DNA of 64,000 nucleotides from Octopus sinensis (GCF_006345805.1 NC_043026.1:13991579-14055578), one strand, 5' to 3'. Positions 47,674-59,170 are shown, counted from the first letter of the stretch. A program made the numbers and translations. Notes: generated by a model not told the origin, from the letters alone.

Positions 47674-47879
47674 ATATATCATCATCGTTTAATGTACGCT
47701 TTCCATGCTAATATATATATATAAAATTAGAAGAAAAAACACCTTTTATCAATTCAAAATGAACAATTAAATTACACCATCTAGAAAATTACATATAATA
47801 GAAAAGTTAAATTTAAAATAACAATAAAATGTAAAGATTAAGTAAATTGCAAAAATAATAATTAAAGCGTATATAATAG

Positions 47880-47973
47880 GTAGAAAAACGACATGTGTTT
47901 CGTGGCTATATTTAAGAAATGATTATAGTAGTAGAGAAATCACTTCAATATAAATATAGTCGCTCATCAGGTT
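47880..47973 (-). ncRNA. Minimal hammerhead motif in a PLE-type remnant
   Basis: Minus strand AAC-CTGATGA-GCGACTATATTTA...TAAATATAGCCAC-GAAA-CACATGT-C-GTT; stem I is only 3 bp. Confidence 0.65.
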
Positions 47974-48020
47974 AAAAATAAAATAGAACAATAAAATAAT
48001 TAATTGATAAATATACTTTA

Positions 48021-48061
<41 letters not shown>

Positions 48062-48064
<3 letters not shown>

Positions 48065-48370
48065 GGAGGCGCAATGACCCAGTGGTTAGGGTAGTGAACT
48101 CGCAGTCGTAGGATCGTGGTTTAGATTCCCAGACCAGGCGTTGTGAGTGTTTATTGAACGAAAACACCTAAAAGCTCCACGAGGGTCCAGCAGGGGGTGG
48201 TGGCGATCCCTGCTGTACTCTTTCGCCACAACTTTCTCTCGCTCTTACTTCTGTTGGCCTGCTCGCTTAGCCAGCGGGGTGGCATCATTTGAAGGCTAAA
48301 ACAATGCGAAGCGCATTGTGACCAGCAATGTGTAGCAACATCTGATAGCCTGGTCGGTCATGTGATCACG
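48062..48370 (+). mobile_element. SINE family D copy
   Basis: tRNA-like head GGAGGCGCAATGACCCAGTGGTTAGGG...GGTTTAGATTCCC. Confidence 0.82.
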
Positions 48371-48539
48371 TGATATATATATATATATATATGTATATGT
48401 ATATGAAAATCCTAAATATACATAATTGAAACATAAAATAATACTTAAATAATTAAATACTTTAAAATTAAATAAAATACACAAATCATAAGTTTAGATT
48501 TTATTCCCTCAAATAATAATTATTGTTAAACAAATCAAA

Positions 48540-49025
48540 ATAGATGAACATCAATGGAATTTGTATCTTTGTGGTAAGAGTGCCGGTGGCACACAAGAAA
48601 ACCATCCGAACGTGGCCGTAGCCAGTACCGCATCGACTGGCCTCCGTGCTGTGGGCACGTAACAAACACCATCCGATCGTGGCCGTTTGCCAGCCTCATC
48701 TGGCACCTGTGTCGGTGGCACATAAAAACACCATCCGAGCGTGGCCGTCTGCCAGCCCCGTCTGGCACCTGTGTCGGTGGCACATAAAAAACACCATCTG
48801 AGCGTGGCCGTTTGCCAGCCTCGTCTGGCACCTGTGTCGGTGGCACATAAAATCACCCACTACACTCTCGGAGTGGTTGGCGTTAGGAAGGGCATCCAGC
48901 TGTAGAAACACTGCCAGATCTGACTGGACTGGTGCAGCCTTCGGGCTCCCCAGACCCCAGTTGAACCGTCCAACCCATGCTAGCATGGAAAGCAGACGTT
49001 AAATGATGATGATGATGATGATGAT
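48540..49025 (+). mobile_element. RTE 3'-UTR fragment
   Basis: Closely matches 5780-6255. Confidence 0.85.
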
Positions 49026-49772
49026 GTTTCCACGCTTGCTGATAAGTTGTTTTTGTCTCATTTTGTCTAAAAGTCGTAAGACACACGCTGTTATCCTGTT
49101 TTTAACCATTACTGTTTTCAATTTTGTTTTCGTTTCTTGTATTTATATTCGTCTATGCTGCGTTTACATTCTTTCCTTCGACCAAGAAATCTAATGCCCA
49201 CAGCTTAGTTTTTTCCTTGGGGCTGGCCGAGTTGGAGCAAATCTCAGAATTAAACAGCCGAAATTTGCCATGATGATTCGGTTTCTGACTGAAGATTGAA
49301 GGCTTCGAATGACTTTTCTGTTTTCCGTGTTCGTCCCTTCGTGTATTTCACGTTCTTTATATATAAATTTTTATTCCTATATATATATATATATATATAT
49401 ATTAGCTATAGGTGTGGCTGTGTGGTTAACAAGAACAACAACACTGCCACTATGCATGCAGACTCCACACCGCAAAACTACCATCGCCCAAAACGTATAT
49501 ATGAAATAATCCATTCTACTATAGGTTACAAGGCCCAAAATTTGTAGGGAGGGAAACCAAGTCAAGCACAGGGATTCTGGGACCTGACTGATGCTTAATT
49601 TATCGATTCCTGAAAGGATGAAAGGCAACATCAAACGAGGCGGAATCTGAACTCAGAATGCAAGGACGGACGAAATGTCACCGAGCATTTTTGCCTGGTG
49701 TTGTTAACCATTGTGCCAGCTCATTGCCTTGTATTTAATGAAATACTGATAATTTTTTTTTGGGGGGGGAAG

Positions 49773-50680
49773 CACTCCGTCGGTTACGATGACGAGGGTT
49801 CCGGTTGATCCGAATCAACGGAGCAGCCTGCTCGTGAAATTAACGTGTAAGTGGCTGAGCACTCCACAGACACGTGTACCCTTAACGTAGTTCTCGGGGA
49901 TATTCAGCGTGACAAGGCCGGCCCCTTGAAATACAGGTACAACAGAAACAGGAAGTAAGAGTGAGAGAAAGTTGTGGTGAAAGAGTACAGCAGGGATCAC
50001 CACCATCCCCTGCCGGAGCCTCGGATGGAAGCACTCCGTTGGTTACGACGACGAGGGTTCCGGTTGATCCGAATCAACGGAGCAGCCTGCTCGTGAAATT
50101 AACGTGTAAGTGGCTGAGCACTCCACAGACACGTGTACCCTTAATGTAGTTCTCGGGGATATTCAGCGTGACACAGAGAGTGACAAGGCCGGCCCTTTGA
50201 AATACAGGTACAACAGAAACAGGAAGTAAGAGTGAGAGAAAGTTGTGGTGAAAGAGTACAGCAGGGATCACCACCATCCCCTGCCGGAGCCTCGGATGGA
50301 AGCACTCCGTCGGTTACGACGACGAGGGTTCCGGTTGATCCGAATCAACGGAGCAGCCTGCTCGTGAAATTAACGTGTAAGTGGCTGAGCACTCCACAGA
50401 CACGTGTACCCTTAATGTAGTTCTCGGGGATATTCAGCGTGACACAGAGAGTGACAAGGCCGGCCCCTTGAAATACAGGTACAACAGAAACAGGAAGTAA
50501 GAGTGAGAGAAAGTTGTGGTGAAAGAGTACAGCAGGGATCACCACCATCCCCTGCCGGGGGCCTCGTGGAGCTTTTTAGGTGTTTTCGCTCAATAAACAC
50601 TCACAACGCCCGGTTTGGGAATCGAAACCGCGATCCTATGACCGCGAGTCCGCTGCCCTAACCACTGGGCCATTGCACTT
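49773..50680 (-). mobile_element. SINE family D with one head and three tandem ~265-bp bodies
   Basis: Head at about 50595-50680; body repeats start near 49780, 50030 and 50300. Confidence 0.85.
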
Positions 50681-50760
50681 CCGTACTGATAATTATAACG
50701 ACGACAACAACAAGAACAACAGCATGTATAACGTATATATGGCAAAAAACGGAGACTGAC

Positions 50761-50878
50761 TTTGGTGCAATGCGTTCTGTGACTGCTGATATGGAACTGA
50801 CAAAAGATGAGAGCTGCATCACAATAGTTGAGAGATGATGACATTCCTGTTTCAAGCGGTTCACATCATTTAGCTGGG
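50761..50878 (-). CDS. RNF207: RNF207 exon (A-QLNDVNRLKQECHHLSTIVMQLSSFVSSISAVTERIAP-K)
   Basis: Acceptor CTTTCTTTCTCTGCAG|, donor AA|GTCAGT, 118 nt, phase 1-2; resembles human RNF207 AQLHDLLQLRQENAYLTTITKQITPYVRSIAKVKERLEP (recalled from memory). Confidence 0.9.
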
Positions 50879-51351
50879 CTGCAGAGAAAGAAAGACAAGA
50901 GAGTGAGACATATATATATATATGTGTATGTATATATATATATATATATATATATAACCAATAGTCTTCCTATTTACCTAAAACTCTATTCTATTAGTCT
51001 ATTTATTCATTTATCTACTTTATCATTTTTTATCATGATTCTTTTGACCACTCCCCTAAGAAAGACAGTTTGTGCCCTGCCTACCCCAAAAAGTCCCCCA
51101 CCACCACCCCTTTAAATCTGCCTAAATGTAAAAATGCCAAAACTATTCTTGACACCAAGCTTCCTGATGATTTCATTTGAATGAAACAGTTCTAGTCCTG
51201 TAGAAGCTCCTTCTATAAAATAAAAAAAACTATATATATATATGTATATATATATAGATTCACACACTAAATTTTTCTTGAGAACATTTCTTGGTGGTGA
51301 GACCGTAGCGGATCTATTTCTAGCATATGGGTGTCCACATGGTGGTTTCCC

Positions 51352-51396
<45 letters not shown>

Positions 51397-51828
51397 TAAA
51401 TAAAAACATATGCATATATATATATACATATATGTATGTACCTACCTCTACATGTATATATACATGCATATATGGGTACAGGACACCAAAAAAACGTCGA
51501 ACACAATGAGAAACGAAAACATAGACACAAACCCAAGGAACTGGACATTTTTTTAAACAACAAAAAAAAAAATAAAATAAAATAGAGTACAGGACAATTA
51601 ACACAAAGAAAAAAAAACCCTTCTTCAGTCGCCATGGTTTCATCTACTCTATGTTTCTAAGGTGAAGGCGAGACGTATCTTCGAATAAGAAACTTTCCTT
51701 CCTGCGAAAAGCAAATCAATTAAAATTTGAGATCTTTTCGCAGAGGGGTGAAAATGGTAACAAAACCAGGACAGTAACGACAGTATAAAGTATATAAGCA
51801 GTAAAAGACAGGACAAGGAAAAACAATA

Positions 51829-52279
51829 TCTTTATATATAAAAGTAAGGTTGTGTGAGAGTCTGTCTCCTACGATTTAGATTCCTAACTACTCCCACATT
51901 TTGCGGAGCAGTTTAACCAAAACCGGGTATCTTATAGTCGTGATTCATATCGAGCTCTTCTGGGTATTAGCACGCGTCTACGATGAGTCTACAATTTAAA
52001 AAAAATTTACCATCATTTTTTCCCATTTTTAATGCATTTTTTTGCTATTATATAAGGGAAGTAACTCTCTAAAAATGTCTACGATGAGACGATTTATAAA
52101 AAAATTTACCATCAATTTTCCCATTTTTAATGCATTTTTGGCATATATAAGGGAAGTAACTCTCTGAAAATTTATTATTAAATCTCAGAATTGAGATGGC
52201 TATTATACTTTACATCTCTAAAAATGTTTATATAGTTATTTCCCTTACAAACCCGAGCAACGCCGGGCGATACTGCTAG
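51829..52279 (+). mobile_element. Non-autonomous Helitron family 1 with internal ~100-bp duplication
   Basis: A|TC start, 3' hairpin, CTAG|T. Confidence 0.88.
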
Positions 52280-52288
52280 TATATATAT

Positions 52289-52630
52289 AAATTAAATTAG
52301 AGATAAAACCACTATTATTCAAATCAAACAGTGATAGACCAAAACAAAAACAACAAAAAATAAATATAATTAATAAATTAAAAAATTAAAAGTTTTAAGA
52401 ACTTATAAATCTAAAATTTAAAATATAAAAATATAAAAAATTATAAATATAAAAATTTATAAATATAAATTTTAAAATTTCAAATTTTAATAATTTAAAT
52501 TTGAAATTTTATATGTTATATAAATTTTATATATTATATTAATTATATTTATTTCTTTGTTTTTTATGTTCTGGTTTATGTTTTTCACTGTTTGAGTTGC
52601 CTAATAGTGGTTTTATCTCTAATTTAATTT
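52289..52630. mobile_element. AT-rich element with ~45-bp inverted ends
   Basis: AAATTAAATTAGAGATAAAACCACTATTA is inverted at 52602-52630; the same end occurs at about 28875-28900, and it resembles the ends of the 17392 element. Confidence 0.6.
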
Positions 52631-52743
52631 AAATTTACATTTATACTGTGAAATTTGATTTACAGAAGGCACTGTGGCAATAATAAAGATATGTTACGGT
52701 GAAAATGTAGTATATATATGTATATATATATATATATATATAA

Positions 52744-52785
<42 letters not shown>

Positions 52786-52910
52786 TATATATATAATATA
52801 TATATATATAAAGTTAATCTAAACATGAAAGCGCAATAAAACACAACAGCGCGAGGACGTGGAACAAGTATAGTATTATTGGACGCTCAGGAAAGAAGGA
52901 AAGAATGAGG

Positions 52911-52945
52911 GTTTAACGTTTCGAGCAGAGCTCTTCGTTGGAAAC
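52911..52945 (-). ncRNA. Degenerate minimal hammerhead
   Basis: GTTT-CCAACGA-A-GAGC-tct-GCTC-GAAA-CGT-T-AAAC; stems are intact but the core has two deviations. Confidence 0.45.
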
Positions 52946-53007
52946 ATAGGAGAAGGAAAGATCTAGAGAAGGGAAGACAGAGGAAAAAAAAAAAGATATA
53001 TATATAT

Positions 53008-53630
53008 AGGCGCAGGAGTGGCTGTGTGATAAGTAGCTTGTTTACCAACCACATGGTTCTGGGTTCAGTCCCACTGCATTGCACCTTGGGCAACTGTCTT
53101 CTACTATAGCTTCGGGCCGACCAATGCCTTGTGAGTGGATTTGGTAGATGGAAACTGAAAAAAGCCTGTCGTATATATGTATATATATATATGTGTATGT
53201 GTGTGTATAGGTTTGTGTGTCTGTGTTTGTCCCCCTAGCATTGCTTGACAACCGATGCTGGTGTGTTTATGTCCCTGTTACTTACATCGACCCCAGTGCG
53301 TAACTGGTACTTAATTTATTGACCCCGAAAGGATGAAAGGCAAAGACAACCTTGGTGGAATTTGAACTCAGAACGTAACGACAGACGAAATACCTATTTC
53401 TTTACTACCCACAAGGGGCTAAACATAGAAGGGACAAAGAAGGACAGACATAGGTATTAAGTCGATTACATCGACCCCAGTGCGTAACTGGTACTTAATT
53501 CATCGACCCCGAAAGGATGAAAGGTAAAGTCGACCTCGGCAGAATTTGAACTCACAACTTAACGGCAGACGAAATACCGCTAAGCATTTCGCCTGACGTG
53601 CTAACGTTTCTGCCAGCTTGCCCGCCTTAA
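53008..53630. mobile_element. SINE A (plus, truncated) fused to a dimeric SINE C (minus)
   Basis: Family A up to about 53283, then family C bodies and head. Confidence 0.8.
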
Positions 53631-53993
53631 GCGTTTAGTGTTCACATTATTCTACCAAAATTAATCCTTTTTTATCCACATTGCCTTGAACTAATCATTC
53701 ATTAATCTTGTAGCTATGAGATTTTGATGAGGTAGCTGTTAATTTTTAAAACAATATTGTAGGGTTGGTGTGAGAGACCAGATCTGGCCAGTTTGAACAT
53801 AAAACAAGCAGAATACTTTTGGCCGGATATGGCCGGTTTAAATGCTAAAGGGTTAAACAAGATAATACCTGATTAGTTCTAGGCAATACGGATGAAAAAG
53901 CATTAATTTTGGTAGAATAATGCGAACACTAAAGGGTTAAACACTTTGGATAGACAGCTACAATAATCACGCAGAAACGAATAAAGATCTCAC

Positions 53994-54045
53994 CTTGATA
54001 TAATTCTTGTTCGTTTGCTATTCTTTGGACGGAATCTTCCCAGTG
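53994..54045 (-). CDS. RNF207: RNF207 exon (HWEDSVQRIANEQELYQ-A)
   Basis: Acceptor GTCTTGTAG|, donor AAG|GTGAGA, 52 nt, phase 0-1; resembles human WEEAYQRVANEQEIYEA (recalled). Confidence 0.92.
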
Positions 54046-54779
54046 CTACAAGACATATATAAAGCATAAACATAAATGCATTAAAGTTATTTGTATGAGT
54101 ATGTAGGTATATGAATGCACATACCTATATGTGTGTATATATATATATAACGGGAAGGTTTACGAAAATAAACAAAAGACGAAGACAGGTGGAGTACAAA
54201 CAAACAAATGTATTAGTATGGCACTCAGGAATAGAAATAGAACAAGTCTTTTACGTTTCGAGCCTACGTTATCATTAAGCTGGTGTTAGGAACATAAATT
54301 GTGACTAAGGTTTGGTGGAAGATTTTAATTCAAAACTTATGAAAACAAGACATTAGTATATATACATTTATGTGTGTGTGTGTGTATGTGTGTCTTGATT
54401 GTTCCCCCACCCTCGCTTGACAACCAATGCTGGTATGTTTACATCACCGTAACTTAGCAGTTCAGCAAAAGAGACTGATAGAATAAGTACTATGCTTAAA
54501 AAGAATGAGTCCTGGGGTCGATTTGTTCGACTAAAGGCAATGCTCCAGCATGGCCACATTCAAATGACTGAAACAAGTAAAAGAATATATATAATAATAA
54601 TAATAGTAATTATTATTATTATTATTTCTCTTAGGCATAGCAATACTGATAACTAAATGCCAGAACACAATATTTGTGCTTCAGAAAAAAGGGTCAGTCG
54701 AGTACAGAGCAGTGATAAATTAAAATGACTAAGGAATAAGAAATTGTGTCATCAGCTTCATTAGCTTAGAGATATTCTG

Positions 54780-55152
54780 TGCTGATGGCACGTAAAAAGC
54801 ACCATCCGATCGTGGCCGTTGCCAGCCTCGCTTGACCCCCGTGCCGGTAGCACATAAAAAGCACCATCCAATTGTGGCCATTGCCAGCCTCACCTGGTCC
54901 CCGTGCCGGTGGCACATAAAAAGCACCATCCGACCGTGGCCGTTTGCCAGCCCCATCTGGCAGCTTTGCCGGTGGCACGTAAAAAGCACCCACTACACTC
55001 ATGGAGTGGTTGGCGTTAGGAAGGGCATCCAGCTGTAGAAACACTGCCAGATCAAGACTGGAGCCTGGTGCAGCCTTCTGGCTTCCCAGATCCCTGGTCG
55101 AACCATCCAACCCATGCTAGCATGGAAAGCGGACACTAAATGATGATGATGT
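54780..55152 (+). mobile_element. RTE 3'-UTR fragment
   Basis: RTE tail match; a more diverged copy follows at about 55350-55578. Confidence 0.85.
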
Positions 55153-55636
55153 TCCTGCTCTGTGACACAACGAACTCATCATTGAGCACTTGTGTATCAC
55201 CCTGTAGTGATATCGGAGCTTCAAAATGAAATGCCCTTACGAAAGGGATGGCAGAGGGCTTAGATAATGTGGAATATTGTTTTACCCATGAAGGCCCATC
55301 CACCACAACAGAATTGAGATGCTAAAACCAAGATGCCATGTAAAAACCACTGGAAGGGTTCCTGGTAACAGGTTGAAAGCACGGGGGAAGGTGACATATA
55401 AAAGGCACCCAGTACACTCTGTGGAGTGGTTGGCAATTAGGAAGGGCATCCAGCAGGAGAAACCAAACCAAAACAGACTGTGGACCCTCGTGAAGCTCCT
55501 GGCCTTCCCGGTTCCTGTCAAGCTGTCCAACCCATGCCAGCATGCAAAAGGGATGTTAAATGATGATGATGATGATGAACACACACACAAACCCAAACCC
55601 TTGCAGGTCTACACACAGACTGTTTCAACGACTGAC

Positions 55637-55822
55637 CTTCTCCAAGAGGGGCTGTTTGTGCTCCAGGTTGAGGTGGTGACGATGTAGCTGCTCCTCAAGG
55701 AGGGACACAATCTTCCTCAGATCAGCGATCACCGTCTTCTTGGCCAGACAACGACGCAGGGTTAAATCTCGATGCAGCTCCTGGGCCTCCAGCTTCAAGT
55801 GATCCAACTTCTGGATTAGATC
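55637..55822 (-). CDS. RNF207: RNF207 exon (DLIQKLDHLKLEAQELHRDLTLRR...QPLLEK), coiled coil
   Basis: Acceptor ...CATCGTCCCAG|, donor AAG|GTCAGT, 186 nt, phase 0-0; QELHRDLT matches human RNF207 QVQELHRDLT (recalled). Confidence 0.92.
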
Positions 55823-56004
55823 CTGGGACGATGAAAGCATACAGAGATACATGAGACGGAGAATGATGGACACACACATGCACATACACTCACATCAAGA
55901 CATGCACACATCTACATACATACATGGATACATACACACATATATACATACACACACCCGTACACACATATATGAATACATGTATGCACACATATACATA
56001 CATA

Positions 56005-56610
56005 CCTATTTCTTTACTACCCACAAGGGGCTAAACATAGAGGGGACAAACAAGGACAGACATAGGTATTAAGTCGATTACATCGACCCCCAGTGCGTAA
56101 CTGGTACTTATTTAATCGACCCCGAAAGGATGAAAGGCAAAGTCGACCTCGGCGGAATTTGAACTCAGAACGTAACGGCAGACGAAATACCTATTTCTTT
56201 ACTACCCACAAGGGGCTAAACATAGAGGGGACAAACAAGGACAGACATAGGTATTAAGTCGATTACATCGACCCCCAGTGCGTAACTGGTACTTAATTTA
56301 TCGACCCCGAAAGGATGAAAGGCAAAGTCGACCTCGGCGGAATTTGAACTCAGAACGTAACGGCAGACGAAATACCTATTTCTTTACTACCCACAAGGGG
56401 CTGAACATAGAGGGGACAAACAAGGACAGACATAGGTATTAAGTCGATTACATCGACCCCCAGTGCGTAACTGGTACTTAATTTATCGACCCCGAAAGGA
56501 TGAAAGGTAAAGTCGACCTCAGCAGAATTTGAACTCACTACGTAACGGCAGACGAAATACCGCTAAGCATTTTGCCCCGCGTGCTAACGTTTCTGCCAGC
56601 TCGCCGCCTA
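56005..56610 (-). mobile_element. SINE family C trimer (one head, three ~184-bp bodies)
   Basis: Three near-identical bodies joined at AAAGAAATA|GGTATTTCG. Confidence 0.9.
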
Positions 56611-56649
56611 TATATATACATACCATACATACATACATACATACATACG

Positions 56650-57005
56650 TTATGGCTGCCCCCTTGTTATCGAGTATGGCCATTGCACGAAGCTTAACTG
56701 TTACTGGTGCTGTGATCGAATGTGACTTTTTAGCCCAGCCAAAGATCTACAATGTCTTGTACAGAATTGGCAACGAAAACCTTTACCGGTAATAGTCGAC
56801 TGTAGTTGTAACCGGGCTTCATGTACCTTTGCATGTCGTTTAAGTCCCCCTGCCGAATTACACTCTCTTCCACATGCCCGACAGATATGATTAGTATGGT
56901 GTGTTACACCACCACCAGTGGCCAGGTTGTCACTCATCTCTCTCGTTTTATGACTACGAAGATGACTCTTGAGTCCAGCTTTACTGAGGCAGGGTCTTGA
57001 CACTA
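56650..57005 (-). mobile_element. Probable non-LTR retrotransposon 3' fragment encoding 2.5 C2H2 zinc fingers
   Basis: RPCLSKAGLKSHLRSH, CRACGRECNSAGGLKRHAKVH and CQFCTRHCRSLAGLKSHIRSQH, then a stop; flanked on both sides by (TATG)n. Confidence 0.55.
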
Positions 57006-57106
57006 ACATACATAAATACATACATTCACACACATACATAACAACCATTGTTGCTCTCGTTTTCTTACTCCCTGACTCGCTTTCCTTTCTTATCTATGTA
57101 TCTATA

Positions 57107-57512
57107 TAGGCGCAGGAGTGGCTGTGTGGTAAGTAGCTTGTTTACCAACCACATGGTTCCGGGTTCAGTCCCACTGCGTGGCACCTTGGGCAAGTGTCTT
57201 CTACTATAGCCTCGGGCCGACCAAAGCCTTGTGAGTGGATTTGGTAGACGGAAACTGAAAGAAGCCCGTCGTATATATGTATATATATATATGTGTGTGC
57301 GTGTATGTTTGTACGTCTGTGTTTGTCCCCCTAGCATTGCTTGACAACCGATGCTGGTGAGTTTATGTCCCCGTCACATTAAAGGTTCGGCAAAAGAGAC
57401 CGATAGAATAAGTACTGGGCTTACAAAAGAATAAGTCCCGGGGTCGATTTGCTCGATTAAAGGCGGTGCTCCAGCATGGCCGCAGTCAAATGACTGAAAA
57501 CAAGTAAAAGAG
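57107..57512 (+). mobile_element. SINE family A copy
   Basis: Family A match. Confidence 0.9.
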
Positions 57513-57551
<39 letters not shown>

Positions 57552-57679
57552 CATATATACAGAAATATACACACAAAATTATGCATATACACACACTCAT
57601 TTCCCATCCAAAAACTGATTCCCACCACCGCAACACCACACTGCTCACATAATACTACCACTAGGAAACTAGTACCTAC

Positions 57680-58010
57680 CCTGTGTACCACATCAAACTC
57701 GTTGCAGTGGTCAGCAAAGGGACCCTTGGCATCAATAAATTTGATTATACTGTTACTTTTCCCATTGGAGCGCCGATAGTTGTTGAAGTTGATGCTGTAG
57801 TTGATCAGAGATGCTGTAACACTACTACCACCACTACTAGCAGTAGGTAGTGTAGTCGTAGTAGTGGTTGCAGTATTAGGGGAGGTAGTAGTGGGGTTGT
57901 TATGATGATGATGGTGGTGTTGACTGCTACTGTTCTGGTGGCCTGCTGTAGTATTGGTGCTAGTAGTGAGCTTGTTGTTGTTGGAATGGTGTACTTTAGA
58001 CAATTCCAGC
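57680..58010 (-). CDS. RNF207: RNF207 exon with T/S/N/H-rich low-complexity insert (K-LELSKVHH...KGPFADHCNEFDVVHR)
   Basis: Acceptor TTTTCATATCTCCAG|, donor AGG|GTAGGT, 331 nt, phase 2-0; PFADHC resembles human PFAEHC (recalled). Confidence 0.88.
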
Positions 58011-58045
58011 CTGGAGATATGAAAACATACATTTATTTAGTAAAA

Positions 58046-59170
58046 AAGCACCTGCAATGGTGCCACATAAAAAGCACCTGCAATTGTGCCACATAAAAAG
58101 CACCTGCAAATGTGCCACATAAAAAGCACCTGCAAATGTGCCACATAAAAAGCACCTGCAATGGTGTCACATAAAAAGCACCTGCAATGGTGCCATTTAA
58201 AAAGCACCTGCAATGGTGCCATTTAAAAAGCACCTGCAAATGTGCCACATAAAAAGCACCTGCAATGGTGCCATTTAAAAAGCACCTGCAATGGTGTCAC
58301 ATAAAAAGCACCTGCAATGGTGCCATTTAAAAAGCACCTGCAATGGTGCCATTTAAAAAGCACCTGCAATGGTGTCACATAAAAAGCACCTGCAATGGTG
58401 CCATTTAAAAAGCACCTGCAATGGTGTCACATAAAAAGCACCTGCAATGGTGCCATTTAAAAAGCACCTGCAATGGTGCCACACAAAAAGCACCTGCAAT
58501 GGTGCCACATAAAAAGCACCTGCAATGGTGCCACATAAAAAGCACCTGCAAATGTGCCACATAAAAAGCACCTGCAATGGTGCCATTTAAAAAGCACCTG
58601 CAATGGTGTCACATAAAAAGCACCTGCAATGGTGCCATTTAAAAAGCACCTGCAATGGTGCCATTTAAAAAGCACCTGCAATGGTGTCACATAAAAAGCA
58701 CCTGCAATTGTGCCATTTAAAAAGCACCTGCAATGGTGTCACATAAAAAGCACCTGCAATGGTGCCATTTAAAAAGCACCTGCAATGGTGTCACACAAAA
58801 AGCACCTGCAATGGTGCCATTTAAAAAGCACCTGCAATGGTGTCACATAAAAAGCACCTGCAATGGTGCCATTTAAAAAGCACCTGCAATGGTGCCACAT
58901 AAAAAGCACCTGCAATGGTTCCACATAAAAAGCACCTGCAATGGTGTCACATAAAAAGCACCTGCAATTGTGCCATTTAAAAAGCACCTGCAATGGTTCC
59001 ACATAAAAAGCACCTGCAATGGTGCCACATAAAAAGCACCTGCAAATGTGCCACATAAGAGCACCTGCAATGGTTCCACACAAAAAGCACCTGCAACGGT
59101 GCCACATAAAAAGCACCTGCAATGGTGCCACATAAAAAGCACCTGCAATGATGCCACATAAAAAGCACCT
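58046..59170. repeat. ~43 x 26-bp hairpin-forming minisatellite derived from an RTE-type 3'UTR repeat
   Basis: AAAAAGCACCTGCAATGGTGCCACAT and variants; runs into an RTE-type tail at 59170-59375. Confidence 0.95.

Noticed and set aside
51600-51700. Possible additional hammerhead on the minus strand
   Set aside because: GAAAC motifs are present, but no intact CUGANGA core or consistent stems could be built.
55150-55290. Extra RNF207 exon between 55637 and 54045
   Set aside because: Candidate boundaries break the reading phase, and the flanking exons already join in frame and match the recalled human sequence.
53994-55822. Spectrin-repeat, nesprin or dystrophin exons
   Set aside because: Initially suggested by the heptad pattern and Trp, but the joined peptide matches RNF207 motifs (CLEPLL, PFADHC, QELHRDLT, QRIANEQE) much better.
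6844-57337. Recurrent ORFs such as MSSNARGTNTDTQ.../RQASFSFRLPNPLTR... as a gene family
   Set aside because: They are incidental translations of SINE A copies, with variable frames and stops.
2654-57512. tRNA genes at the heads of SINE families A, C and D
   Set aside because: A and B boxes are present, but there is no complete cloverleaf and each head is fused to a repeated SINE body.
58046-59170. Palindromic 26-bp repeats resembling CRISPR direct repeats
   Set aside because: No unique spacers; contiguous minisatellite derived from an RTE 3'UTR motif.
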